Virus record (IMG/VR): IMGVR_UViG_3300005340_000003
Span: 10,599 to 74,598 of that record
From: a virus
Strand: one strand, 5' to 3'
Length of the DNA stretch: 64,000 bases
In this document: positions 37,224-46,708 of the stretch, piece by piece
How the letters are laid out: each line of letters opens with the position of its first letter
Numbering within the stretch: position 1 is the first letter of the stretch
The notes under the pieces: model-generated
Told to the model about the DNA's origin: nothing
Seen by the model: only the letters and a program-made list of their open reading frames with translations
Database searches by the model: none
Position numbers and translations under genes: made by a program

Positions 37224-37262
37224 ACGACCACTGGAGGGCAAAAATCCAGTGGCCGTTTTTTT
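37224..37262 (+). terminator. Intrinsic terminator
   Basis: ACGACCACTGGA-loop-TCCAGTGGCCGT followed by a T-run. Confidence 0.75.
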
Positions 37263-37294
37263 GCGCTCGGAGCACTTCTTATTGCGGGCGGTAT

Positions 37295-37373
37295 TGCGGG
37301 CGGCAGGTCGTAATCTGAGCGTGCCTCATAAGCAACGCATTGAAGCGAGTTTAACTCTCGCGCTTCGCATCCA
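37295..37373 (+). tRNA. Atypical tRNA-Met/Ile2-like (CAT)
   Basis: Acceptor TGCGGGC/GCTTCGCA (bulged), anticodon arm GCGTGC-CTCATAA-GCAACGC, T arm GCGAG-TTTAACT-CTCGC, encoded CCA; D arm poorly formed. Confidence 0.6.
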
Positions 37374-37374
37374 T

Positions 37375-37450
37375 CGGAATGTAATGTCAGTAGCAGACGG
37401 CCCGGCTCGGAACCGGGAGGCCGCTGGTGCAACTCCAGCCATTCCGACCA
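37375..37450 (+). tRNA. tRNA-Pro(CGG)
   Basis: 76 nt; acceptor CGGAATG/CATTCCG plus ACCA; anticodon arm CCCGG-CTCGGAA-CCGGG; T arm GCTGG-TGCAACT-CCAGC with a non-canonical T loop. Confidence 0.88.
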
Positions 37451-37457
37451 ATTTTAT

Positions 37458-37622
37458 CGGGGGATAGTGTAAGTATGCCTGGATAGACATAAACGGGTTG
37501 GACGAAACTCCTGCTTCGGCGGGCATCAACCTCTGGCCCGGGAACGACGTGAAATCCCAGGAAAAGAAAGCACACCGGATGTGATTCCGGAAGTAGCGCA
37601 TCATTGCGTCTTCGCCCGACCA
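37458..37622 (+). ncRNA. tRNA-like RNA (His/GTG-like anticodon arm) with ~95-nt structured D-loop insertion
   Basis: CGGGGGA/TCGCCCG plus ACCA; T8A9; D stem GTGT/GCAC; CCGGA-TGTGAT-TCCGG; 5-nt variable region; GCGCA/TGCGT. Confidence 0.6.
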
Positions 37623-37629
37623 AATGTTA

Positions 37630-37748
37630 GCGGAGTGCGGCACCAACCAGGATAGGCCCTGGCCGTTGCAACGGGTTCCGGCCCGGTGGTCAAACGCCAT
37701 CGGGAAAATAGGGATGTGGCTCGGTTCCACGACCTCACTTCGCGACCA
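37630..37748 (+). ncRNA. CCA-terminated multi-hairpin RNA
   Basis: Terminal helix GCGGAGTG/CACTTCGC plus GACCA enclosing four hairpins. Confidence 0.5.
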
Positions 37749-37917
37749 ATTTTGAAACGAATCGTTTACACAAGAATTGATACTCGACCGACCGCACCCC
37801 CCGGTCAGGGTCAGGCGATCCGCGAATGGGACGACGCCTGGAGAGCGAAAGGTTTTCGGACAAAGATTCTGATTTCTCCGGACTCCGCGAAGCTCCTCGG
37901 GATTAAACCTAAGAACC

Positions 37918-39867
37918 ATGCTGACCGACCCCGCTGAAAAATTTCTCGCGCAGCAAGTCGCTCAGAAAGTTCACTCGGATAAAAAATTCGAGGCGGCTCA
38001 ACAGATTGACGATTACCTGAAGCTCAACCTCCACCTGGAGGACGACCCGAAGCAGTTCCTTCCGGTCCTGATGCACTACGTTCACTATCTCCTGAACGCA
38101 AACGCACCGGAAGCCGCCGCGCAGGTTCTCTGGACACCAAACCAATTCACGCCGGAGCCACAATTTACAAAAGACCTCTGGCAACTTTTCGACCGGTCCG
38201 CGCAGGGGCTGATTATGGGCGCGGCATCCTGCTCGAAGTCCTACGGAATGGGTGTAAGACTTTTTCTCGAATGGATTCGCGATCCGGAGTGGACGACCAT
38301 TCGAGTGCTCGGTCCGAGCGAGGCTCACCTGGAGCAGAATCTTTTTTCTCATCTTGTCGGATTGCACAAGTCAGCATCGCTGCCGATGCCCGGGGAAATC
38401 GGGGAACTTTTCATCGGCACCGACCGGAGAAATCAGTTGTCGAGCATCATGGGCGTAATTATTCCCGTTGGCCAAAAGAAGAAGGCCGGCAGGATTCAGG
38501 GTGTGAAGCGGAAGGGACGGATCACCCGTCATGAAGTCTTCGGAACTCAAAGCAGGCTTTTTATTTTTGTGGATGAAATTGAAAACGTCCCGGGCGGTCT
38601 CTGGTCCGACATCGACAACATTCTGTCGAACATCCAAGAGGAAGGCGAGACATCCGGATTCAAAATTTTCGGCGCGTTCAACCCAACGAATCAAACAGAC
38701 GAAGTGGGGAAACGAGTCGAGCCTCCTTTCGGTTGGGAAGGATTCGATGTCGAAAGCCATTACCAATGGAAATCGAAACGTGGGTGGGATGTTCTGCGTC
38801 TTGACGGGGAACGATCCGAGAATGTAGTTCAGAAAAAAGTAATCTACCCAGGACTGCAAACTTATTCCGGATTGGAGATTATCGCGAGGAATGCCGGTGG
38901 GAAATCCGCCGCAGGATATTTTTCTATGGGACGCGGTGCCTATCCGCCACAAGGCATCGAGCTTACCGTGATACCTCCGGGAATGTTAATGAAGTGGCGG
39001 GGAAAGTTCATTTGGTATGACGAACCTAAACCTGTTGGATCAGAAGATTTGGCTCTGGAGGGAGGAAACGCAGCAATATACACTCTCGGAAAATGGGGGA
39101 GAGCAACTGGTATTCTTTTTCCTCCAACCATTGAATACCCATCCGGTCGCAAGTTCATGTTTAAAGACCGCAATGGACACTCAGTCACTCGATACGGACT
39201 TCAGGCCGACCAGCAGTTCATCATTCCTAAAGGAGATACACGGGCAATGACTGACCGGACGATTGAAGTGAATCGTCGCGCGGGAGTGCGGGGGGAATTT
39301 TTCGCGTGTGATCGAACGGGCGCGGGTGCTGGAACAGCAGACCTTCTCCGGCATGAATGGAGTCCATCGCTTCATGATGTGAATTATTCTGAGGCGTGCA
39401 GCAAAGATAAAATCATGATGGAGGATTCGAAACCCTGCAACGAACAATTCGAACGAATGAATTCGGAACTCTGGTTTGCCCTCAAGTCCTGGGGCGAGTT
39501 TCAATATTTCCTCATCAACCCCGAACTGGATTTGACGAAGCTCACCGGACAACTCACTCAACGAAAATTTCGAATCGTTGGCGGGAAGACGCGAGTCGAG
39601 CCGAAGAAGGATTATGTATCGAGAGGCTTCGAATCTCCGGACGAAGCGGACAGCCTAACTCTTCTCGTTCACGCGGCACGTAAAGGTTCCGGTGTGACTC
39701 TCAGCATGTCCCTCGATAATGTCGGCGAACTGAATCCGAATTACGACGATTCGGATGGATGGCTCGACGAGATAACACTTTTGGGTGGGGCTCGGATCGA
39801 TGAGAGCAACCGCACGCAATTTCTCGATGACGGAATGAAGCCGGTTCACGAGGACGCAATTTTATGA
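37918..39867 (+). CDS. terL: Terminase large subunit
   Basis: Deviant Walker A GAASCSKS, Walker B LFIFVDE, AFNP, nuclease motifs EDLALEGG, DRTGAG, SPDEADS. Confidence 0.85.
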   Translation: MLTDPAEKFLAQQVAQKVHSDKKFEAAQQIDDYLKLNLHLEDDPKQFLPVLMHYVHYLLNANAPEAAAQVLWTPNQFTPEPQFTKDLWQLFDRSAQGLIMGAASCSKSYGMGVRLFLEWIRDPEWTTIRVLGPSEAHLEQNLFSHLVGLHKSASLPMPGEIGELFIGTDRRNQLSSIMGVIIPVGQKKKAGRIQGVKRKGRITRHEVFGTQSRLFIFVDEIENVPGGLWSDIDNILSNIQEEGETSGFKIFGAFNPTNQTDEVGKRVEPPFGWEGFDVESHYQWKSKRGWDVLRLDGERSENVVQKKVIYPGLQTYSGLEIIARNAGGKSAAGYFSMGRGAYPPQGIELTVIPPGMLMKWRGKFIWYDEPKPVGSEDLALEGGNAAIYTLGKWGRATGILFPPTIEYPSGRKFMFKDRNGHSVTRYGLQADQQFIIPKGDTRAMTDRTIEVNRRAGVRGEFFACDRTGAGAGTADLLRHEWSPSLHDVNYSEACSKDKIMMEDSKPCNEQFERMNSELWFALKSWGEFQYFLINPELDLTKLTGQLTQRKFRIVGGKTRVEPKKDYVSRGFESPDEADSLTLLVHAARKGSGVTLSMSLDNVGELNPNYDDSDGWLDEITLLGGARIDESNRTQFLDDGMKPVHEDAIL

Positions 39868-40000
39868 AAAATCCAGAAGACATCGATATTCGACCGATGG
39901 GTTTAAACACTCCCCAAATTCGAACGCTCGTCATTAAGATAATTGAAAGACAGTGGGAGGAATTTTTTAAGCAGGCGATGAACGCGATCCCGAGGAAAAA

Positions 40001-40579
40001 ATGAATCGGATCAACGTCAACCTTTTCCCGAAGTCCGGATTCATCTATAAGGAATCTGACGGCACGACCATTGCCGGCAGCACTTGGGATGGCGTTGTAA
40101 ATCGAGTCCGCGCATACCGCAAACGCGCCGGATTACCTCCAGGCGATCCGGAGAATGAAGTGCGTGCCCAGGCATGCCAGCGCGATCCCGTGCTTTGCAC
40201 AAACGATGATGGGAGCCATGCGCGAGCCGTGAAAGTCGCCACGTTAAAAGGGCGTGTTCTTCAGTGGTTCTCCCGGATCAAGGCCGGAAATGCCCGGGAA
40301 CCCATCCAGCTTGCCTTTACAGAGGTGATGTATGCCCGGGCGAACGTTTGTGCCTCCTGCCCGATGAATCAGCCCCTACCCGAAGGCTGCTCCAGTTGTA
40401 AGTCAGCCCTGGAAGAGCTTCGAGTCGATATAATCGGCGCGAGGCCGACAGACGGGCGACTCGTTCACCACGGATGTAACGTTTTGGGTGCTGACCTCGC
40501 AACGCAGGCGTGGATTGAGTCGCCAACAGTCGAAAATGCGGAATTGCCGGCGCATTGCTGGAGGAAACGGACCCTTTGA
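40001..40579 (+). CDS. Cys-rich hypothetical protein
   Basis: RANVCASCPMN...CSSC...CNV...LPAHCW. Confidence 0.65.
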   Translation: MNRINVNLFPKSGFIYKESDGTTIAGSTWDGVVNRVRAYRKRAGLPPGDPENEVRAQACQRDPVLCTNDDGSHARAVKVATLKGRVLQWFSRIKAGNAREPIQLAFTEVMYARANVCASCPMNQPLPEGCSSCKSALEELRVDIIGARPTDGRLVHHGCNVLGADLATQAWIESPTVENAELPAHCWRKRTL

Positions 40580-40833
40580 GGCTCTTATCACCGTTCAGAG
40601 CGGCCCTAGCTGCGCTCAGGTTGGCGTATGCGAGGCTTTTCGGCTATCGGACGGTTACGACAGTGCCCGAACGAATGATGCGTCAGGATTGTTGTGAAAA
40701 CTGCGAGTTTTTCGATTATCGGGAACGGCAATGTAAGGTTTGTGGATGTTACACCGATTTGAAGATAGTTCTGGCTACCGAAAGCTGCCCGAAAAGAAAA
40801 TGGCGGTCTATTTGGATCAAACGCACTACTTAG
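40576..40833 (+). CDS. Cys-rich DUF6171-like protein
   Basis: RQDCCENCEF...QCKVCGCY...K......ESCPKRKW. Confidence 0.65.
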   Translation: MRLLSPFRAALAALRLAYARLFGYRTVTTVPERMMRQDCCENCEFFDYRERQCKVCGCYTDLKIVLATESCPKRKWRSIWIKRTT

Positions 40834-40842
40834 AAGCAAGAT

Positions 40843-42945
40843 ATGCCTAGCGACTCTGCTGTTTTCAGCACTCAATATCCATCGGGAGACTACCCGGGCA
40901 CAATCGTTCAATCTCCGAAGATTAACGAAGCCGGCAAGCCGACTCAGCGATCCATCAAGGACGCCAACATGGGCCGGGACATTGTGAAGTTGATTATCCA
41001 GGCAGGCCGGAACCGTTCGATAGTCGGTTCGCGTATCCTGGCGAAGTATAATGCAGAGCGGCCATTCGACAGCTACAAACTGGAAGCGGAGGGACTCGCA
41101 TGGAAGCAGAATTTCACGACCAAGCCGATGCCGTCCATGATCGACAAGGTTGCTCCGAGATTTACTCAAGCGGTGGATGGACTGAAATACCTCACAAGCT
41201 CCAGCCTCAGCAACAAGTGGGAAAACGCAGCCGCCAAAACGGAAACTTTTCGAGAGGTAATCACGCGAACGATTCGCGGACGAAAAGGATGGACGACTCT
41301 TCTTGAAGACATCGCATTCAACAACGCTCTTTTCGGTTATTCAACCGTCGCGTGGCTCGATGAATTTACGTGGTTCCCGCTTCATTTCAAATTCGATGAA
41401 TCCTTCGCCCCGGACGGCACAAAACAGGACTCGACTTTTTGTCAGGTGATGATCCTGAAGGAAACGCTTTTGCCACACGAACTTTTCGCAAAGATCGAGG
41501 ACAGAGAAGTTGCTTCCTCAGCCGGCTACAATATCGAGGAAACAATTACCGGGATCAACAACGCGAGCCCGGTTCAAATTCGTGATCGGCTTAACGTTGG
41601 CGGCACCCTAGAATTTTGGTATCAGAACGCACTTCGCGAGCTTACCATCGGCGCAAGTTATATGGCAGGCGCGTCTGTCATTGTGGTTTATCATCTCCTC
41701 GCACGCGAAGTAACCGGGAAGGTCAGTCATTACCAATTCGCCGGCCCGAGCATGACGGCTATTTTTTCGAAGGACGACCGTTTCCCGAGTATGCAGGAAT
41801 GCCTCACGTTCTACACGTATCAGAAAGGCAACGGAACACTTCACGGCAGCAAAGGCGTCGGTCGCGACATTTACGAATTGGCCGGAATGATCGACCGTAA
41901 CCGGAATGAAATCGTGGACCGATCCATCATGTCCGGGAAAATCCCCATCCAGGGAGACATAAAGCGGCTGCACACTTTCAAGATGTCGGTTGTTGGCATG
42001 ACGTGTATTTTCCCGAACGGTTGGACGATCCTGGAGCAACGCCTCGACGGAAACGTTGAGCCGAACCTGAAGCTCGACGCATATTTTAGCGCACTCATAG
42101 ACCAACTCATCGGCAACACGAGCCCGCCGCAGATGCAGAGCGGGGAGGCTTTTCGTTCTCCCGCCGCATGGAATCTTTTGGCGGCTCGCGAAGAGGAAGG
42201 AAAAGATAATCGCATTAGCCGATTCATGACTCAGTTTGTGAACATGATCCAGGCGATGCAGAAACGAATCTGTGACTCCGACACCGCCGAGGACGACGCG
42301 AAAGCGGCTCAAGATGAGTTGCTAAAATCAATGACTCGGGAAGAAATCACTGAGCTTGCAAACTATCCAGTGGCCGGCACGATCCGGGACTTAACTCCAC
42401 TCGAAAGGCAAATGATTGCGATGGTAGCCACGGAGAAAAAAGGAAATCCGCTTTACAATCAACGCGCCCTCGAACTTGAAGACCTCACGGCCCGAGTCGG
42501 AACCGAATTTGCGGAGAGAGTGCTTTTGCCGGATAACGATCCGAGCGTGGAAGCGGAGCAACACCGACAACAGCAACTCGAATCAAACCTGCTCGTCCAA
42601 GGACAGGCCGTGCCAGTGTCTCCGCGTGACAATCACATGATCCACCTCCAAACCCTGATGCCGCTCGCTCAACAAATCGGCGGGGCAGTCATGCAGGGTC
42701 AAGGAAACACCGCCATGCTGGAGGCCGTTGTCGCGCACATCTCGGAGCATTTTTCTCGTGCTGTCGAACAAGGCGTAAAGAAAGAACTGTTGAAACCCGT
42801 CCAAGAATTCCTGGACAAAGCCGGTCCCGCCATAGCACAACTTAAGCAGATCGACGCAGAGCACGAACAAATCGGTCAAACACTCGGACACCCCGATCAA
42901 CCGCAACCCCCACCAAACAATGTCGTCCCCCTCGGAACTCCTTGA
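40843..42945 (+). CDS. Portal protein
   Basis: 700 aa, largely helical, downstream of terL; C-terminal VSPRDNHMIHL...H motif typical of podovirus-like portals. Confidence 0.75.
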   Translation: MPSDSAVFSTQYPSGDYPGTIVQSPKINEAGKPTQRSIKDANMGRDIVKLIIQAGRNRSIVGSRILAKYNAERPFDSYKLEAEGLAWKQNFTTKPMPSMIDKVAPRFTQAVDGLKYLTSSSLSNKWENAAAKTETFREVITRTIRGRKGWTTLLEDIAFNNALFGYSTVAWLDEFTWFPLHFKFDESFAPDGTKQDSTFCQVMILKETLLPHELFAKIEDREVASSAGYNIEETITGINNASPVQIRDRLNVGGTLEFWYQNALRELTIGASYMAGASVIVVYHLLAREVTGKVSHYQFAGPSMTAIFSKDDRFPSMQECLTFYTYQKGNGTLHGSKGVGRDIYELAGMIDRNRNEIVDRSIMSGKIPIQGDIKRLHTFKMSVVGMTCIFPNGWTILEQRLDGNVEPNLKLDAYFSALIDQLIGNTSPPQMQSGEAFRSPAAWNLLAAREEEGKDNRISRFMTQFVNMIQAMQKRICDSDTAEDDAKAAQDELLKSMTREEITELANYPVAGTIRDLTPLERQMIAMVATEKKGNPLYNQRALELEDLTARVGTEFAERVLLPDNDPSVEAEQHRQQQLESNLLVQGQAVPVSPRDNHMIHLQTLMPLAQQIGGAVMQGQGNTAMLEAVVAHISEHFSRAVEQGVKKELLKPVQEFLDKAGPAIAQLKQIDAEHEQIGQTLGHPDQPQPPPNNVVPLGTP

Positions 42946-43231
42946 ATGGAATAGCGAAGACGAGTCAATTTTCAGACAATTTATCGAAACCCGAACAGGG
43001 GCGAAACTTTGTCCGAGATTGGCTGAACTAGCCCCGACACTCCTCGACGGCGCACACGCGAATAAAACCCTGGTTCGCAACGGCGAACTTCGCGGGTATC
43101 AATTTGCCCTACAAAACATTCTTTTCCTGGCGTATCCCCCGCCTCCGCCAGTGAAAGAAACCGCCGCGTATCCCCCGCTCGAAGATGACGATGCGTGGGA
43201 CGGAGAGAAACTCAATGAACCCAAGAAATAA
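42920..43231 (+). CDS. Small portal-adjacent protein
   Basis: FIETRTGAKL...GELRGYQ; position after portal. Confidence 0.6.
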   Translation: MSSPSELLEWNSEDESIFRQFIETRTGAKLCPRLAELAPTLLDGAHANKTLVRNGELRGYQFALQNILFLAYPPPPPVKETAAYPPLEDDDAWDGEKLNEPKK

Positions 43232-43234
43232 TTT

Positions 43235-44581
43235 ATGGCAGAACCCACACTAACCCCCGAACAAGTAGCCGCCAAAAACGAAGAGACGGCACGCACCCTT
43301 GCGAATCAAGGTAACGATTTTCTGAGGCCCGCATCCCCGGACGATTTCAAGTCGGCTTCCGAGGGTCTCGATAAACTCGCCGAATCAATCAGCAAAAAGA
43401 ACGATCCGGAAGTAATCGCCGCTGAAGAAGCTGCCAAGAAAAAAGCTGAAGCGGACGCTGCCTCTCCCGAACAAAAAGCCGCCGCAGAAAAAGCTGCTGC
43501 TGAAACTGCTGCCAAGGAAGCGGAACAAAAGGCCCTGAAGGAAAAGGCCGATGTCTATTTCAAGGACTCCCCAACGCTGCCGCCGAACGCCAGCCCAAGA
43601 TCGGGCGAAGCTTTTGAGGGTATCAAGCTTCGGGCCGCTCAGGAAATCGGCGCGAGAGAAGCTGAGATTGAGAAGTTGAAGAAAGACATCGCGGAGAGAG
43701 ACGAGAAACTCAAGAACCCGGTTCCGCCCGAAATCGAAAAAGAACTGAAGGAGCATCGGGAATGGCGTGCGAAGATCGATGTTGAATACGATCCGAAATT
43801 TACAGAATTCGATAAGAACGCGGACAACATCCGGGAATTCGTTTACGACCAACTCCGGAAGTCCCCGAACGTCTCCGCCGACAAACTGATTGAGAAAATC
43901 AAGGCCCTTGGCGGTCCGGAAATGGTGGACTGGACGAAGATTTTCGAATCTTTGAAGGACCCAACGCTCGAAAACATCATCAAGTCGAAGGTCTCCGACA
44001 TTGAACTGATAAAGTTCAACAAAGCGGAATCGATCAAGACCGCGAAGAAAAACATCGAGCAATACATCACGGACAAAAATGCACAGTCTGAAAAAACTCT
44101 TACGGCACGTCGCGACGAAACTAAGTCCCATCTCGATAGCTTTGTTCAGAAGCTCGGGTTTCTTAAGCCCGTGCCCGATGACCCGAAAGCGGATAGCGCG
44201 AAGAAATCGCAGATTGAAGAACACAACAAATGGGTCGCCCAGGTGAATGAGAACATTCAAACCGCCTTGAATGACGACACGCCCGAGACTCGGGCTTTGA
44301 TGATTGCCGGTGTCGCGAACCTCATGTATCTGAATCGAATTCACGACGGCACGGTTGCGGAAAACGAGTCGCTCAAGAAAGAAAACGCAACCCTGAAGGA
44401 ATCCATCGCGAAATTCAAAGGCGCGAGCGTCAACCGAATCCGAGAAGGCGGAGCGCCGGCATCCGGTGACTTGCCTAAACCGAAGACGGACGAGGAGAAG
44501 CTTTTCAAGACTCCGGCGACTCAGGCCCTCGATGATTTGGCGAAGGACATCATGGCGAAACGCGCTGCTGCCGGCCAATGA
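43235..44581 (+). CDS. Putative capsid scaffolding protein
   Basis: 448 aa E/K/A-rich coiled coil between portal and capsid genes. Confidence 0.6.
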   Translation: MAEPTLTPEQVAAKNEETARTLANQGNDFLRPASPDDFKSASEGLDKLAESISKKNDPEVIAAEEAAKKKAEADAASPEQKAAAEKAAAETAAKEAEQKALKEKADVYFKDSPTLPPNASPRSGEAFEGIKLRAAQEIGAREAEIEKLKKDIAERDEKLKNPVPPEIEKELKEHREWRAKIDVEYDPKFTEFDKNADNIREFVYDQLRKSPNVSADKLIEKIKALGGPEMVDWTKIFESLKDPTLENIIKSKVSDIELIKFNKAESIKTAKKNIEQYITDKNAQSEKTLTARRDETKSHLDSFVQKLGFLKPVPDDPKADSAKKSQIEEHNKWVAQVNENIQTALNDDTPETRALMIAGVANLMYLNRIHDGTVAENESLKKENATLKESIAKFKGASVNRIREGGAPASGDLPKPKTDEEKLFKTPATQALDDLAKDIMAKRAAAGQ

Positions 44582-44802
44582 AAACCACACGTCATTGGGC
44601 ACCCTTTGGTAGAGACAACGAATTCAACATTTGGGGTGATTTTAATCTCCTTGTCGCTGAGAGGGAATCTGACGAGATTTCTTATCGTATGACAAAATAT
44701 TATTTGGAGGGGCCGAATAATCGGCGCAGGGATTTAACCGAGGAAGAATACAAGAAGTGTTGCATGTCTTTCGTTGTCCAAAACTCAACTTTTTCAGAAT
44801 GA
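44578..44802 (+). CDS. Hypothetical protein
   Basis: ATGA-coupled 74 aa ORF. Confidence 0.45.
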   Translation: MKTTRHWAPFGRDNEFNIWGDFNLLVAERESDEISYRMTKYYLEGPNNRRRDLTEEEYKKCCMSFVVQNSTFSE

Positions 44803-45051
44803 AACAACTTAGGCCGACCGCTAGATACCTCGTCATACGAATTCGGGTTCCCTCGATTTTCGCTCCGCACGGATTGTGGGCAAGATTCGTAACCAACGTT
44901 TTGAAATGTCCCCGGCTTTACAAATGTCGAGACACTTTCAAGATGATTAAATATCGGACCTCGCCGTTTCCTCGGATCAATCTCACTACGGCGATCACCG
45001 AACATTTCGAAGATACTGAAAAAGCTCTCGATAAACTCGCGAAAGAAATTC

Positions 45052-45972
45052 ATGATCGAAATAGCGGATCACACCTCGGGACTCCCGGCCCTTCCGGTCG
45101 ATCCCCCCAGGACAATTAACGTATTCGACAAGAAAGTTATGGTCGCGCTGCCGTGGCACAAAGCATCGCATCCGATCACCGCTTTCTGTGTAGCGCAATT
45201 ACTCGACAAACGGCGCACATCGAGCGTGCTGAATTTTGGTGATGCGTTCGTGGCGCACTCGCGAAACAGCATCGTGGATGCTTTTCTGAAGACCGACCTA
45301 GACTATATCCTCAGTATCGACGACGATATGGTTCTGCCGATAGGGAACGCGGAGTGGTTCAAGCTGTATTCGGGGTGGAAATGGATGGGAGACAGTTTTG
45401 CCGGCTTGAATACCATCGACAGATTGACGTCACACAAAAAGTCCGTGGTCGGGGCGTTGTATTTTGGCCGATATATCCACGGTCCACCGGTTTTTGCCGA
45501 GGGAGTGAACGAAGAAGTGGCAAAAATGGTTCGATCAGGCCCGCACGACCGGCTGATGGCGACGAATTGGGTGGGCACAGGCTGCATTTTGATTCATCGG
45601 CAGGTTTTTCTCGACATTGAAAAGCGTTTTCCGCGCCTTGCGCGTGACAACTCAGGGAAATATGGCCAGTGGTTCACCAGTTCCGAACACGGAATCATGG
45701 AAGGTATCGACAGAATGCGCGACATGCTCTCAAAAGGGCCGATGGACGGTCAAAAAGCGATGAAGGCATACGAAATGGCCGAGGGACTTGCCGCAAAAGC
45801 GAGACAATCGAGCGGCCTGGGCGTCGGTGAAGACGTTATTTTCTGCCGGCGAGCCCGGGAATGCGGTCACGAGGTTTATGTGGACCTCGGACTCGTCGCG
45901 GGGCATGTCGGACACTGCTGTTACGGACCGAAAAACACTTTTCAACGACCAACCGATGCGAAATCCACCTAA
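45052..45972 (+). CDS. GT-A (family 2-like) glycosyltransferase
   Basis: VAHSRNSIV, ILSIDDDM (DxD), VVGALY, VGTGCILIHRQVF, GEDVIFCRRA...VYVD...GHVG. Confidence 0.85.
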   Translation: MIEIADHTSGLPALPVDPPRTINVFDKKVMVALPWHKASHPITAFCVAQLLDKRRTSSVLNFGDAFVAHSRNSIVDAFLKTDLDYILSIDDDMVLPIGNAEWFKLYSGWKWMGDSFAGLNTIDRLTSHKKSVVGALYFGRYIHGPPVFAEGVNEEVAKMVRSGPHDRLMATNWVGTGCILIHRQVFLDIEKRFPRLARDNSGKYGQWFTSSEHGIMEGIDRMRDMLSKGPMDGQKAMKAYEMAEGLAAKARQSSGLGVGEDVIFCRRARECGHEVYVDLGLVAGHVGHCCYGPKNTFQRPTDAKST

Positions 45973-46708
45973 AACCGATAAAATCCTGATCGCTCTCCAG
46001 TTTTGGAACGGAGATAAGCCCTATGCCATGCACCTTGCGAGGCTTCTTGCCGACATCGAGCCGGCCATGTGTCAAAAAGCGGATTTTCTGTTCGTTAGCC
46101 GGTTCGATTGCGATCACGATCAGGCTACGATCAATTATGTGGCACGAAAATTCAACACTTTCTCGTATGTGTCGAAGCGACGAGGCACCGGCTGGCCCTC
46201 CGGGTGCAACGCGACGTTTTTCGGAACCCTGGAGTGGTTCTATCACAAGAAAAACATGGGACAGATACTTCCTTACAAGTCGATTTTTCTTTTTGAGGCG
46301 GATGGAGTGCCGATGTCCCTCGGATGGATCGACGGCCTAAGTAAAGCCTGGGACAATGCAAATTCCGTGAAGCCCGTTTGCATGGCCGGCGCGTGGTTGG
46401 AGAACGGACCGATCCCGGACTGTGGACACATCAACGGAAACGCGATGATGACAGGTGATTTGAAATTCTTGCGCTGGCTCGTAACTCGCGTCACTGATGT
46501 TTCGGTAAATGTCGGTTGGGATTACATTCTCGCGCCTCAGTTTAAACAACACGGATGGGCAAATCTCCCGCAAGTGAAAAGTGTGTGGAGACAACCGCTG
46601 ACTGAAGAAATTTTTCTTCGACAAATCGAAGAGGGGACGCTCTGGTGGCACGGGTGCAAGGGCGATGCGGGAATCAAACTGGCGAGAAAATTCTTACTCG
46701 GACAATGA
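45956..46708 (+). CDS. Glycosyltransferase-like protein
   Basis: GWPSGCN, IFLFEADGVP (ExD), HINGNA, GWD, WWHGCK. Confidence 0.6.
   Translation: MRNPPKTDKILIALQFWNGDKPYAMHLARLLADIEPAMCQKADFLFVSRFDCDHDQATINYVARKFNTFSYVSKRRGTGWPSGCNATFFGTLEWFYHKKNMGQILPYKSIFLFEADGVPMSLGWIDGLSKAWDNANSVKPVCMAGAWLENGPIPDCGHINGNAMMTGDLKFLRWLVTRVTDVSVNVGWDYILAPQFKQHGWANLPQVKSVWRQPLTEEIFLRQIEEGTLWWHGCKGDAGIKLARKFLLGQ

Noticed and set aside
37478-37562. Hammerhead ribozyme suggested by GACGAAAC in the tRNA insert
   Set aside because: No CUGANGA core in a compatible position; twister, pistol and HDV consensus elements were not seen either.
37458-37748. tmRNA or group I intron interpretation
   Set aside because: No Ala-type GGGG...CCACCA acceptor with G3-U70, no tag ORF, and too short with no P7 core.
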